Source of the DNA: Candidatus Buchananbacteria bacterium
Lineage (GTDB): Bacteria > Patescibacteriota > Patescibacteriia > 2-01-FULL-39-33
Direction of reading: 5' to 3'
DNA: 64,000 nucleotides
Assembly: GCA_041666945.1 (NCBI GenBank)
Contig: JBAYFY010000003.1
Coordinates: forward strand, 7,392-71,391
The notes below the pieces were generated by a model. That model saw only the letters and a list, made by a program, of their open reading frames with translations, did no database searches and was not told the origin of the DNA. How positions within the stretch are numbered: the first letter of the stretch is position 1; each line of letters opens with the position of its first letter. Positions 50,486 to 58,687 of the stretch are shown piece by piece. Made by a program: the position numbers and the translations under genes.

Positions 50486-51346
50486 TTAACACTGCGGGGC
50501 GAAGGCCGACACCGAACCATAGTACGCATGGGCACTGTCGACGATATTGCGGTCAAATTCGAGACGGTCATCGCACGAATCGAAGCCGGCCGAGTAGCGT
50601 AAATCATCACCAGCACCCGGAGACCATTCACAACCAGCCATATCCATATACAACTGGTTATCGCCGATGATGCGATCGGGATGGGTAAGCAATAAACAGC
50701 CGCCGCTGTACGGGCAAAGGCCGAATTCCGTTTCGCTCAAACGAAATCTGGCATGGCGAATACTGGCGCCGGACCAACGTCTGCCAAACTGTAATGGAAC
50801 GACAAAGTAGTCGCCCGGCTGATATTCATTCAACCGCTGAAAACAACCGGCCGTCTTGACGGTGTGACGCCAACATTCTTTCCAGCCGATTTCATCGTCA
50901 CGGTAATTACAAAAATCGCGAGAATCAGTGAGCAGGGCAAAAATTTTCTTCGCGGCCGGACGCAATCCGCCGAGTCGCGAGAACTTCGGCCAGACGCCAA
51001 TAGCTTCCGCGCCTGGCGCTAAGCTCATCCGCTTCACTAAATCAGCGACCTGACTGCCATCCAACTTCTTGGTGAGCTTCTGGGCCTGCCAAAAACTCAA
51101 CTGTTCTGCCGGAGAACGGAAACGGAACTTCGGCGGATAATTGTAACTGGATGGGACACGCTCATTGGCGTAAGGAAGATTTGTGGTCCCCTCAAACTTA
51201 CCATCAATACCCCGTTGCAAAAATTCGCCCAACTCATGCGGGTCAAACTCGTAACCATTCGGTTGGCGTATCTGCTGCTTGATTTCAAACAATTTGCCAT
51301 CAATCCAGTGGTACAGTTCGCCTGTGACAACAACTCCTGTCGCCAT
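50486..51346 (-). CDS. Hypothetical protein, putative C-type-lectin-fold DGR-target family
   Basis: AAGGAG SD; paralogue of 41891-42886; C-terminal LLTHPDR...D.AG.E...YGSVSAF with an NNY-rich tail. Confidence 0.72.
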   Translation of the reverse strand: MATGVVVTGELYHWIDGKLFEIKQQIRQPNGYEFDPHELGEFLQRGIDGKFEGTTNLPYANERVPSSYNYPPKFRFRSPAEQLSFWQAQKLTKKLDGSQVADLVKRMSLAPGAEAIGVWPKFSRLGGLRPAAKKIFALLTDSRDFCNYRDDEIGWKECWRHTVKTAGCFQRLNEYQPGDYFVVPLQFGRRWSGASIRHARFRLSETEFGLCPYSGGCLLLTHPDRIIGDNQLYMDMAGCEWSPGAGDDLRYSAGFDSCDDRLEFDRNIVDSAHAYYGSVSAFAPQC

Positions 51347-51591
51347 GACAAAACTCCTTCTAATTAATGAACTTGTCGCGAATTCGGCGAAATGCCGCGG
51401 TCACAGCGCCGCTTTTGGCTTTTACAATAAAGCCAATAAATTATTATCTAAATCATCAAAATTTAAGCAATAATTTACTGTCTTTATTCCGATGTAAAAT
51501 TATATCATACAGACATAAATTCGTCAAACAAACAAATTTCTTGAAAGCTGAAAAATTTGACGAGATAACCATAAAAGCGTATATTTAAAAC

Positions 51592-51805
51592 AGTGATTGA
51601 AGCGGCCACCAACCGCTTACTCCATAAAGAGTCCGGTCAGCCGGCTAAGCAAAAATCAAAGCGTCCGCCATCCGCCATCCGGCGGAGCGGAAACCCGGGT
51701 GGAACCGCGGGAACATCCCAGTTGAATAAAATCATTCAACGGGATAAACTCTCGTCCCGAAAATATGTCTTTAATTTAGATGTGTTTTCAGGATGAGAGT
51801 TTTTT
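51592..51805 (+). ncRNA. T-box riboswitch (Thr) with intrinsic terminator
   Basis: Hairpin AAGCGG-CCACCAA-CCGCTT (ACC at 51608-51610); T-box GGGTGGAACCGCG at 51697-51709; antiterminator partner CTCGTCCCG; terminator AAACTCTCGTCC...GGATGAGAGTTTTTT; upstream of thrS. Confidence 0.88.
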
Positions 51806-51815
51806 AAATAAATTT

Positions 51816-52369
51816 ATGTACGGACCGACTTTAAAAGGAAAAAATATTATTCTTAAGCCGATTTCATTAAAAGAGGCCCCAACCTTTGTCAACTGGTTTA
51901 AAGACGAGAATGTTGTAAAATTTTTAGGTAAACAACACAAAGGACTGACATTGGCTAAGGAAAAGCAATACATCAAAAAAATGAAGAAAAATGAAGAGCA
52001 GATCATCTGGTCCATCTATACTAAACTAAAGATGGAACTCACATTGGCAGCACCGACCTGCACTCGCTAAACAAAGATCATAAAAAAACCGACTGGGGAA
52101 TTGTCATCGGCGACAAGAAATATTGGAATCAGGGCTATGGTCAAGATGTATTAAAAACCGTAATGAAATACTGCTTTAACGTCTTAAAACTTAATCGCTT
52201 TGGCCTCTCGGTTTATGAAGGCAATCTTGGCGGCATTAGATGTTATACCAAATGCGGGCTCAAAAAAGAAGGGATAAAAAGACAAAGCATTTATCGCTAT
52301 GGCAGATATTGGGACGAGATTATTATGAGCATGTTAAAATCAGATTATAAAAAACTAAAAAAGACATAA
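51816..52369 (+). pseudogene. RimJ/RimL-type GNAT acetyltransferase, frameshifted
   Basis: CTAAA is duplicated at 52021-52030. Removing one copy joins ...WSIYTK to DGTHIGST...WGIVIGDKKYWNQGYG...LKKEG in a single frame. Confidence 0.85.
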
Positions 52370-52374
52370 AATAT

Positions 52375-54135
52375 ATGGGGACTAAAAACGAACAACTTGA
52401 TAAAATCCGCCATTCCACTTCCCACATCATGGCTTATGCTGTGCGGGAAATTTTTGGCGACAAAATTAAATTCGCCATTGGCCCGACGATTGACGACGGT
52501 TTTTACTATGATTTTGATTTGGGCGATAAAACCTTCACTACTGAAGACCTCAAAGCGATTGAAAAAAGAATGGCGGAACTGATCAAGAAAAAACTGCCGT
52601 TTGAAAAATCTGATTTGCCGGTCAAGGAAGCGCTGAAAAAAATGTCCGACCAGCCCTACAAACAAGAACTGATTAATGACTTAGCCAAGGCCGGAGAAAC
52701 CGCCGTCAGTTTTTACGCTGTCGGCGACTTTACCGATCTCTGCCGCGGCCCTCACGTGGAAAATACCAAGGAGTTGGGCGTATTTAAATTAATGAAAACC
52801 GCCGGCGCTTATTGGCGCGGCGACGAGAAAAACAAAATGCTGCAAAGAATCTACGGTACGGCTTTTGAAACCAAAGAACAATTGGCTGAATATTTGAAAA
52901 TGCTGGAAGAAGCGGAAAAACGGGATCACCGCACACTCGGCAAAGAATTGGATTTATTTGTTTTTTCCGATTTAGTCGGCAAGGGCTTGCCAATATTCGG
53001 TCCAAAGGGCGCGACCATTAAAAGAGAGCTGGAAAGGTTTACCATTGATGAAGAATTGAAGCGAGGATATCATCATGTCGTTACTCCGGATTTGGCTAAA
53101 GTCGATCTTTACAAAAAATCCGGGCACTATCCTTACTATAAAGATACGATGTACCCGGTAATGAAAATCGACGAGGAGGAATTGATTCTCAAACCGATGA
53201 CTTGTCCGCACCATTTCATGTTTTATAAATCAGAACCGCACAGTTACCGCGAGTTGCCATACCGTATCGGCGAGATCGCTCATCAATATCGTTATGAAAA
53301 AAGCGGCGAACTGTCCGGATTAACCCGTGTCAGAATGTTCTGTCTTGCCGATGCCCATATTATTGCCGCCAAAGATCAGGCCAAGCAAGTCATCAAGGAA
53401 GTTTTGGAATTAATTGACTTTATTAATGGAACGCTGGGTTTAGTCAAGGGCAAGGATTATCGTTATCGCCTGTCACTCGGCGACCGCTCTGATAATAAAA
53501 AATATTATAAGGATGATGCTTCATGGGATTATGCCGAAAATGTCTTGCGTGAGGTTCTGACCGAAGTTAAAGCGCCATTTTATGAGGCCGCCAATGAGGC
53601 CGCATTTTACGGTCCGAAAATAGATATTCAGGTAAAGAAGGTTTCGGGCAGCGAGGAAACGGCTTTTACTGTCCAATACGATTTTGTTATGCCGGAACGC
53701 TTCGACCTATTTTTTACAAATAAAGAAGGCGAGCAAGAAAAGCCGATTGTTATCCATCGTTCCTCCATTGGTTGTTTGGAGAGAACAATGGCATTTTTGA
53801 TCGAGCATTATGCCGGCGCCTTCCCTACTTGGCTGTCGCCGGTGCAAGCCGTGGTTATCCCGGTGTCGGAAAAATTCACTGACTATGGCCAGAAAGTTTA
53901 TGACGAACTGCTTGCCGCCGGCGTGCGCGTCAAACTGGATGATGCCGACGAATCATTGGGTAAGAGGATTAGAAACGCCGAGAAACAAAAAACTCCCTAT
54001 ATCTTAGTAGTGGGAGAAAAAGAAGCCGCCGCTAAAACCGTGTCTGTGCGCAAGCGTGGCGAAGGCGATCTGGGCAGTCAGCCGCTTAACCAATTCATTG
54101 AGGAAATACAAAAAGAAATTAAAGAAAAGGAATAA
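52375..54135 (+). CDS. thrS: Threonine--tRNA ligase
   Basis: RHSTSH, DLCRGPHV, GAYWRG, RDHR, KPMTCPHH, FYGPKID. Confidence 0.97.
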   Translation: MGTKNEQLDKIRHSTSHIMAYAVREIFGDKIKFAIGPTIDDGFYYDFDLGDKTFTTEDLKAIEKRMAELIKKKLPFEKSDLPVKEALKKMSDQPYKQELINDLAKAGETAVSFYAVGDFTDLCRGPHVENTKELGVFKLMKTAGAYWRGDEKNKMLQRIYGTAFETKEQLAEYLKMLEEAEKRDHRTLGKELDLFVFSDLVGKGLPIFGPKGATIKRELERFTIDEELKRGYHHVVTPDLAKVDLYKKSGHYPYYKDTMYPVMKIDEEELILKPMTCPHHFMFYKSEPHSYRELPYRIGEIAHQYRYEKSGELSGLTRVRMFCLADAHIIAAKDQAKQVIKEVLELIDFINGTLGLVKGKDYRYRLSLGDRSDNKKYYKDDASWDYAENVLREVLTEVKAPFYEAANEAAFYGPKIDIQVKKVSGSEETAFTVQYDFVMPERFDLFFTNKEGEQEKPIVIHRSSIGCLERTMAFLIEHYAGAFPTWLSPVQAVVIPVSEKFTDYGQKVYDELLAAGVRVKLDDADESLGKRIRNAEKQKTPYILVVGEKEAAAKTVSVRKRGEGDLGSQPLNQFIEEIQKEIKEKE

Positions 54136-54157
54136 TTGAAATTAATTGATATTTAAA

Positions 54158-54356
54158 ATGCGAGCATAATAAAATCTTGTGCGACTTTATGCGGGAACGA
54201 CCAGAAAAGTTTTGCAAGCCTGCCTGCCGGCAGGCAGGTGAAGCGTCAGAAACTTTTCGGGATCCTGCCGGCAGGCAGGTGAAGCATAAAGTTTAGCCAT
54301 GATTTATGCTTCGCTCGCGACTCTTTGGAGATACCTTTCTCTTAGAGAAAGGTATT
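54158..54356. repeat. Nested palindromic element with CCTGCCGGCAGG hairpins
   Basis: Imperfect nested arms ACTTTATGC/GCATAAAGT and GAAAAGTT/AACTTTTC; CCTGCCTGCCGGCAGGCAGG and a second, partial copy; TACCTTTCTC-TTA-GAGAAAGGTA. Confidence 0.65.
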
Positions 54357-54706
54357 GTAAAAAAGATTATAACCTGGATTCCCGCCTTCGCGGGAATGAC
54401 GAAAGGGGTATTGTAAAAAAGATTATAACCTGGATTCCCGCCTTCGCGGGAATGACGAAAGGGGTATTGTAAAAAAGATTATAACCTGGATTCCCGCCTA
54501 CGCGGGAATGACAAAGAGGGTGCGGGAATGACAAAGAGGGTGCGGGAATGACAAAGAGGGTGCGGGAATGACGAAAGGAGTGCGGGAATGACAAAGGGGT
54601 ATCGTGAAAATTGAAACTCTCTTAATCACCCTTTCATAAAGGGGAGAAATAACCTGGATTCCTGGTCAAGTTTACCCCGTCTTTATGACTGGGGCCAGGA
54701 ATGACA
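54351..54706. repeat. REP-like palindrome tandem array
   Basis: Three 56-bp units containing CTGGATTCCCGCCT(T/A)CGCGGGAATGAC; about five 20-bp units GCGGGAATGACAAAGAGGGT; a variant CTGGATTCCTG...CAGGAATGAC at about 54654-54705. Confidence 0.9.
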
Positions 54707-54730
54707 AATAAAAGAATATTAAACAAAATA

Positions 54731-54758
54731 AAAAATCCGATCAATTAATCGGATTTTT
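54731..54758. terminator. Bidirectional terminator-like hairpin
   Basis: AAAAATCCGAT-CAATTA-ATCGGATTTTT. Confidence 0.65.
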
Positions 54759-55896
54759 ATTTTTTAACTTTTTGCGCTTTACTTTTGTCCACCAAAGGCA
54801 AAGAAAAACTGAATTTACTCCCCCGGCCCTTGCCCGGCGACTCGGCCCAAATGCGACCGCCTAAATTCTCAATCACCACCCGGGCAAAGTATAGGCCTAG
54901 TCCCGTGCCTTCAGGATGGATAGTGGACATGCCCTGGCCGCGCACGAACTTATTAAACAACCGACCGACATCGCCGGCGGTAATGCCCGAACCGGTATCG
55001 GCCACCGAAAACACCACCGAACTGCCCTCTTGGTGCAAATCCAGGGAAATTTCACCCGCTTTGGTGTATTTGACAGCATTATCAACCAGATTAGAAGCGA
55101 CCTCCTTAATCTTAGCCGAATCAGTTGAAACGTCGGGCAAATCTTTGGAGTAATAAACATTCAGCTTCAATCCCTTAGCCGTCGCTTTAGCTTTGAATTC
55201 TTCTTTCAGCTCATCAGCGATTTTAGCCAAGTCCGCGGGCTTGATATCAAATTCCAACCGGCCGGCTTCAATGCGGGAAATATCCAATAAATTTTCAATC
55301 AAATTAAGCAACCGTTCAGTGGCGATAAAAACCTTATCCAAATTATCTTTTAAGATTTTAGGCACCTTGCCGAAGTTGCCTTCTTGCATCATGGAAACAT
55401 AACCCTTGATAATCGTGGTCGGGGTGCGCAACTGGTGGCTGGCGATGGACAGAAATTCCGATTTGGCGTCATCCAGCCGTTGCAACTCCTTATTGGTAGC
55501 TTCCAATTTTGCCGTCGCTTTTTTGACCCTTTGTTCCAAACTCTTGGTCAATTCTTCCAAGGCGTCGTTGGATTGCGCCTGGGCGAAATTGGCTTCCACA
55601 ATGCTTTCCGTGCTCCGATTGAAAAAGAAACCGTAAACAATGACAAAAGAAAAAATCATGACAACCGCCAAAGTGGAAATATGCCCTTCAACGAAATAAA
55701 ACAGGGCTAAAAAAACCAAAATCATTACCGCGCTGACAATCTGATAATGCAAAAACAAACATTCGCGGAATTTGAACCGGCAATGCTTGCAGCGCTTGTA
55801 AGGAGAATAATTGAGATTTTTTACCAACCAGCAATCTAAATTAAGGCACTCGTTTTTTTTCCTCCTTAAATCCTTTTTGGAACTGGCTGTTTTCAT
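54757..55896 (-). CDS. Membrane sensor histidine kinase with Cys-rich N-terminus
   Basis: FLSIASHQLRTP (H-box), NLVDNAVKYT, DTGSGI, GTGLGL; two TMs; N-terminal C-x4-C...CxxC...C. Confidence 0.93.
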   Translation of the reverse strand: MKTASSKKDLRRKKNECLNLDCWLVKNLNYSPYKRCKHCRFKFRECLFLHYQIVSAVMILVFLALFYFVEGHISTLAVVMIFSFVIVYGFFFNRSTESIVEANFAQAQSNDALEELTKSLEQRVKKATAKLEATNKELQRLDDAKSEFLSIASHQLRTPTTIIKGYVSMMQEGNFGKVPKILKDNLDKVFIATERLLNLIENLLDISRIEAGRLEFDIKPADLAKIADELKEEFKAKATAKGLKLNVYYSKDLPDVSTDSAKIKEVASNLVDNAVKYTKAGEISLDLHQEGSSVVFSVADTGSGITAGDVGRLFNKFVRGQGMSTIHPEGTGLGLYFARVVIENLGGRIWAESPGKGRGSKFSFSLPLVDKSKAQKVKK

Positions 55897-56318
55897 TTGT
55901 TAAAAATCTTTTTTAAGACGATATACATCATCGTGGCGACGCAGAAACCGACAAAACAAGCCAAAAAAATCAGTAAATCCACGATTAAAATGTAAATCCA
56001 GGCCAAATCAACGGCTCGCCCGCTATTGACCCAGAGAAAACCGATTAAAAGCAGGGCTCCGGTCATGCCGGCGACAAATTTCAATTCTCCCGATTCCTTT
56101 TGGACCGGCGGATTTTGTTTGCTAAGCATCCTTTTAATGACCAAAAGGTGAAGTTGATAAAAAACATTCAGCTTAAAAGAAAAAGCTCCCAAGATCGTCA
56201 AAATAGCTACTGCCAAAACCAGCCAAGGACTATGGATTATGATGGCGATTAGAACCAAAATCCCGTAGACGGCCCGGGAAAACCTTAGCGAATCATCATG
56301 AATTTGACATTGTTGCAT
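55893..56318 (-). CDS. DUF4395-like membrane protein
   Basis: RFSR.., KFVAGMTG and LACFVGFCVAT.MY motifs; four TMs; ATGA coupling to the kinase. Confidence 0.75.
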   Translation of the reverse strand: MQQCQIHDDSLRFSRAVYGILVLIAIIIHSPWLVLAVAILTILGAFSFKLNVFYQLHLLVIKRMLSKQNPPVQKESGELKFVAGMTGALLLIGFLWVNSGRAVDLAWIYILIVDLLIFLACFVGFCVATMMYIVLKKIFNK

Positions 56319-56345
56319 AAAATATTTAATTTATTAATCTGACTG

Positions 56346-56774
56346 TTATTTGTTTCTCTTGGCGCCGTAATTCGCGGCATCAGTTTGCATTCGGTTTATC
56401 ACTTTCCATAAACTGTTGGCTTTAACCGGTGAAAAAAGTTCTCTTAGGCCGGTCTGATCGATAAAATACAACTCGGTATTTTTGATCTCTTCCGGCGTCC
56501 GGCCGTTTAAAACCCTTAACAGCAAAACAACGGCCCCCTTGATAATCAACGACAAGCTGTCTATTTTATAAAAGACCTTGCCATCTTTGAAAGTGGAACC
56601 GTACCAAGTCCGAACTTGGCAACCTTTGACCAAATTATCCTCTATCTTATGCGCCTCCTCGGCGGAGGGCAGGGTTTTGCCCAATTTCATCAGTTGGCCG
56701 TATTTTTTCAGCCAATCTTTAGCGGAACCCCCGAATTCTTTAATGATTTCTTGTTGTATTTTTTGTGTTGTCAT
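56346..56774 (-). CDS. sufE: SufE family sulfur-acceptor protein
   Basis: NLVKGCQ (active Cys), DS..IIKG, LNGRTPEEI. Confidence 0.9.
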   Translation of the reverse strand: MTTQKIQQEIIKEFGGSAKDWLKKYGQLMKLGKTLPSAEEAHKIEDNLVKGCQVRTWYGSTFKDGKVFYKIDSLSLIIKGAVVLLLRVLNGRTPEEIKNTELYFIDQTGLRELFSPVKANSLWKVINRMQTDAANYGAKRNK

Positions 56775-56785
56775 GTTGATGAATT

Positions 56786-58033
56786 TTATTTGGACATTTT
56801 TTGGATTTGACGCAGGGCTTCGCACAAATAATCTATCTCTTTAAAAGTGTTATAAAACACCAGGGAAGATCTAATGGATCCCTCCGTTCCGTAATGCGCC
56901 CATAAGGGATGGGTGCAATGATGGCCGGTCCGAACCGCAATACCCAGCCGATCCAAAAGCGTGCCGACATCATAAGGATGCAAGCCGTCCATCAGGAAAG
57001 AAAAAATAGCGACTTTATTTTTGGCTGTGCCGTAAACTTTCAAACCGTCTATTTCTGCCAGTTTGGCGGTCGCATAATCCAACAGCTTCTTTTCATAAGC
57101 TCTGACGTTTTCCAAGCCCAAACCCGACAAATATTCCAAGGCCTCGCCCAGTCCGACAGCGCCGATATAATTAGGCGTGCCGGCTTCAAATTTGAAAGGC
57201 AAGTCGTTATAAGTGGTGCGCTCAAATGAAACGCGGTCAATCATATCCCCGCCGCTTTGATAAGGCGGCAGGTCATTGAGCCAGCGCTCTTTCCCGTATA
57301 AAACCCCGGTGCCGGTCGGCCCATAAACCTTATGGCCGGAAAAAGCGTAAAAATCGCAATCCAAGTCCTGAACGTCAATCAGTTCGTGCTGAATCGCCTG
57401 GGCGCCGTCAATTAAAACGGGAATATTCTTGGCATGGGCCAGCGCGATTATTTCCTTAATCGGATTGATCGTTCCCAAAGAATTGGAAACATGGGTAACC
57501 GCCACTAACTTTGTTTTGGAATTAAGCAATTTCTTGTATTCTTCCAACAACAATTCACCTCGATCGTTAAAAGGAATCGCTCTTAAACGAGCGCCCTTTT
57601 TGTCGCAAGCTATCTGCCATGGCACCAAATTACTATGATGCTCCATTTCAGAAACAATAATCTCATCATTCTTCTTGAGATACGCTTCGCAAAAAGAATA
57701 AGCGACCAGATTAATTGAAGCGGTAACTCCACTGGTAAAAATTATCTCCTGCGGCGAAGGGGCGTTAATGAATCTTTGCACCCGCGCCCTGGCCACCTCA
57801 TACATATCCGTCATTTGCGAGCTTAAAAAATGTATCCCGCGATGGACATTGCTGTTATACTGGCGATGGGCCTTATTTATGGCTTCTATGACAACCTTCG
57901 GTTTCTGTGTGGTTGCTCCGTTATCAAAATAAACCAGGCGTCGGCCATAAATCCTCTCCTTAAGTATGGGGAAATCCTTCCTGATTCTTTTGATGTTTAA
58001 TTCGACTGGCTGGGGTTTGTCTGTTTTGTTCAT
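56786..58033 (-). CDS. sufS: Cysteine desulfurase (group II)
   Basis: YFDNGATTQKP, NVHRG, MEHHSN, FSGHKVYGPTG, RTGHHC. Confidence 0.96.
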   Translation of the reverse strand: MNKTDKPQPVELNIKRIRKDFPILKERIYGRRLVYFDNGATTQKPKVVIEAINKAHRQYNSNVHRGIHFLSSQMTDMYEVARARVQRFINAPSPQEIIFTSGVTASINLVAYSFCEAYLKKNDEIIVSEMEHHSNLVPWQIACDKKGARLRAIPFNDRGELLLEEYKKLLNSKTKLVAVTHVSNSLGTINPIKEIIALAHAKNIPVLIDGAQAIQHELIDVQDLDCDFYAFSGHKVYGPTGTGVLYGKERWLNDLPPYQSGGDMIDRVSFERTTYNDLPFKFEAGTPNYIGAVGLGEALEYLSGLGLENVRAYEKKLLDYATAKLAEIDGLKVYGTAKNKVAIFSFLMDGLHPYDVGTLLDRLGIAVRTGHHCTHPLWAHYGTEGSIRSSLVFYNTFKEIDYLCEALRQIQKMSK

Positions 58034-58206
58034 GGCGCGGCAAATAAATATTATTATTGGTTGACTATATTATAACACAAAAGCCGTACGACTCACCACC
58101 CCCTCATTAAATCTTTATAGCCGATCCTAACACTGCCTTAAAAATTATAAAAAACGCCCGGGTTTTGGTGATCCCGGGGCGGTATTTTTATTTAGAATCA
58201 AATCAT

Positions 58207-58527
58207 TTAATTGAACCGGCGCAGCTTCTTCTCGGCCAGTTCTTTTTCCAATCTGATAACTTCGTCCACGTTGTCTTCTTCTCTGATTTTGTCAACACGC
58301 GTAAAACCGCAGGACTCGCAACGCTGGGAGATAATCCATTTGCCGCCCTGGTAATATAAATCTGTCGGGCGCATTAAGCCGCCGCATTCCGCTTGCCGGT
58401 CGCCCGGATCAACATCCACGTGTTTGGACCACAGGCATTCGGGGCAATGATTGGTATAGCCCGTGCCTATTACCTCGGCGCCGCAATGTTCACACTTAAA
58501 ATCTTCTTTTCTTTTAATAAATGCCAT
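58207..58527 (-). CDS. RNHCP domain Zn-binding protein
   Basis: FKCEHCG...TNHCPECLWSKHVD..PGDR...CGGLM. Confidence 0.9.
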   Translation of the reverse strand: MAFIKRKEDFKCEHCGAEVIGTGYTNHCPECLWSKHVDVDPGDRQAECGGLMRPTDLYYQGGKWIISQRCESCGFTRVDKIREEDNVDEVIRLEKELAEKKLRRFN

Positions 58528-58531
58528 ATAC

Positions 58532-58560
58532 TTGACACTTTATCATGGTTTTGCTATAAT
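58532..58560 (+). promoter_or_regulatory. Sigma70 promoter of rpsA
   Basis: TTGACA-N17-TATAAT with an extended TG. Confidence 0.88.
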
Positions 58561-58687
58561 TTCAATACTAAATAAGAATATCCGCAAAATCTCTAAAAAG
58601 CGGGGCTCATTAACGATTAGTCCGAAATCAACCGGTCAGCCAGCCAGGATTTCGGCCGTTAAGGGTTAAAACATGGCTTTTTATTTT

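Noticed and set aside
41800-51400. Complete DGR cassette within the window
   Set aside because: I saw no reverse transcriptase, avd gene or AAC-rich template repeat; only putative targets are reported.
51593-51796. 67-aa ORF upstream of the GNAT gene
   Set aside because: It coincides with the Thr T-box RNA; the 113-aa ORF at 46377-46718 likewise overlaps the Ile T-box and ileS.
54367-54594. 75-aa ORF over the repeat array
   Set aside because: It is simply a translation of the palindromic repeats (VIPAKAGIQ, SFPRRRES).
54351-54600. Possible CRISPR array
   Set aside because: The sequences between the palindromes are identical rather than unique spacers, and there are no cas genes; it is a tandem REP-like repeat.
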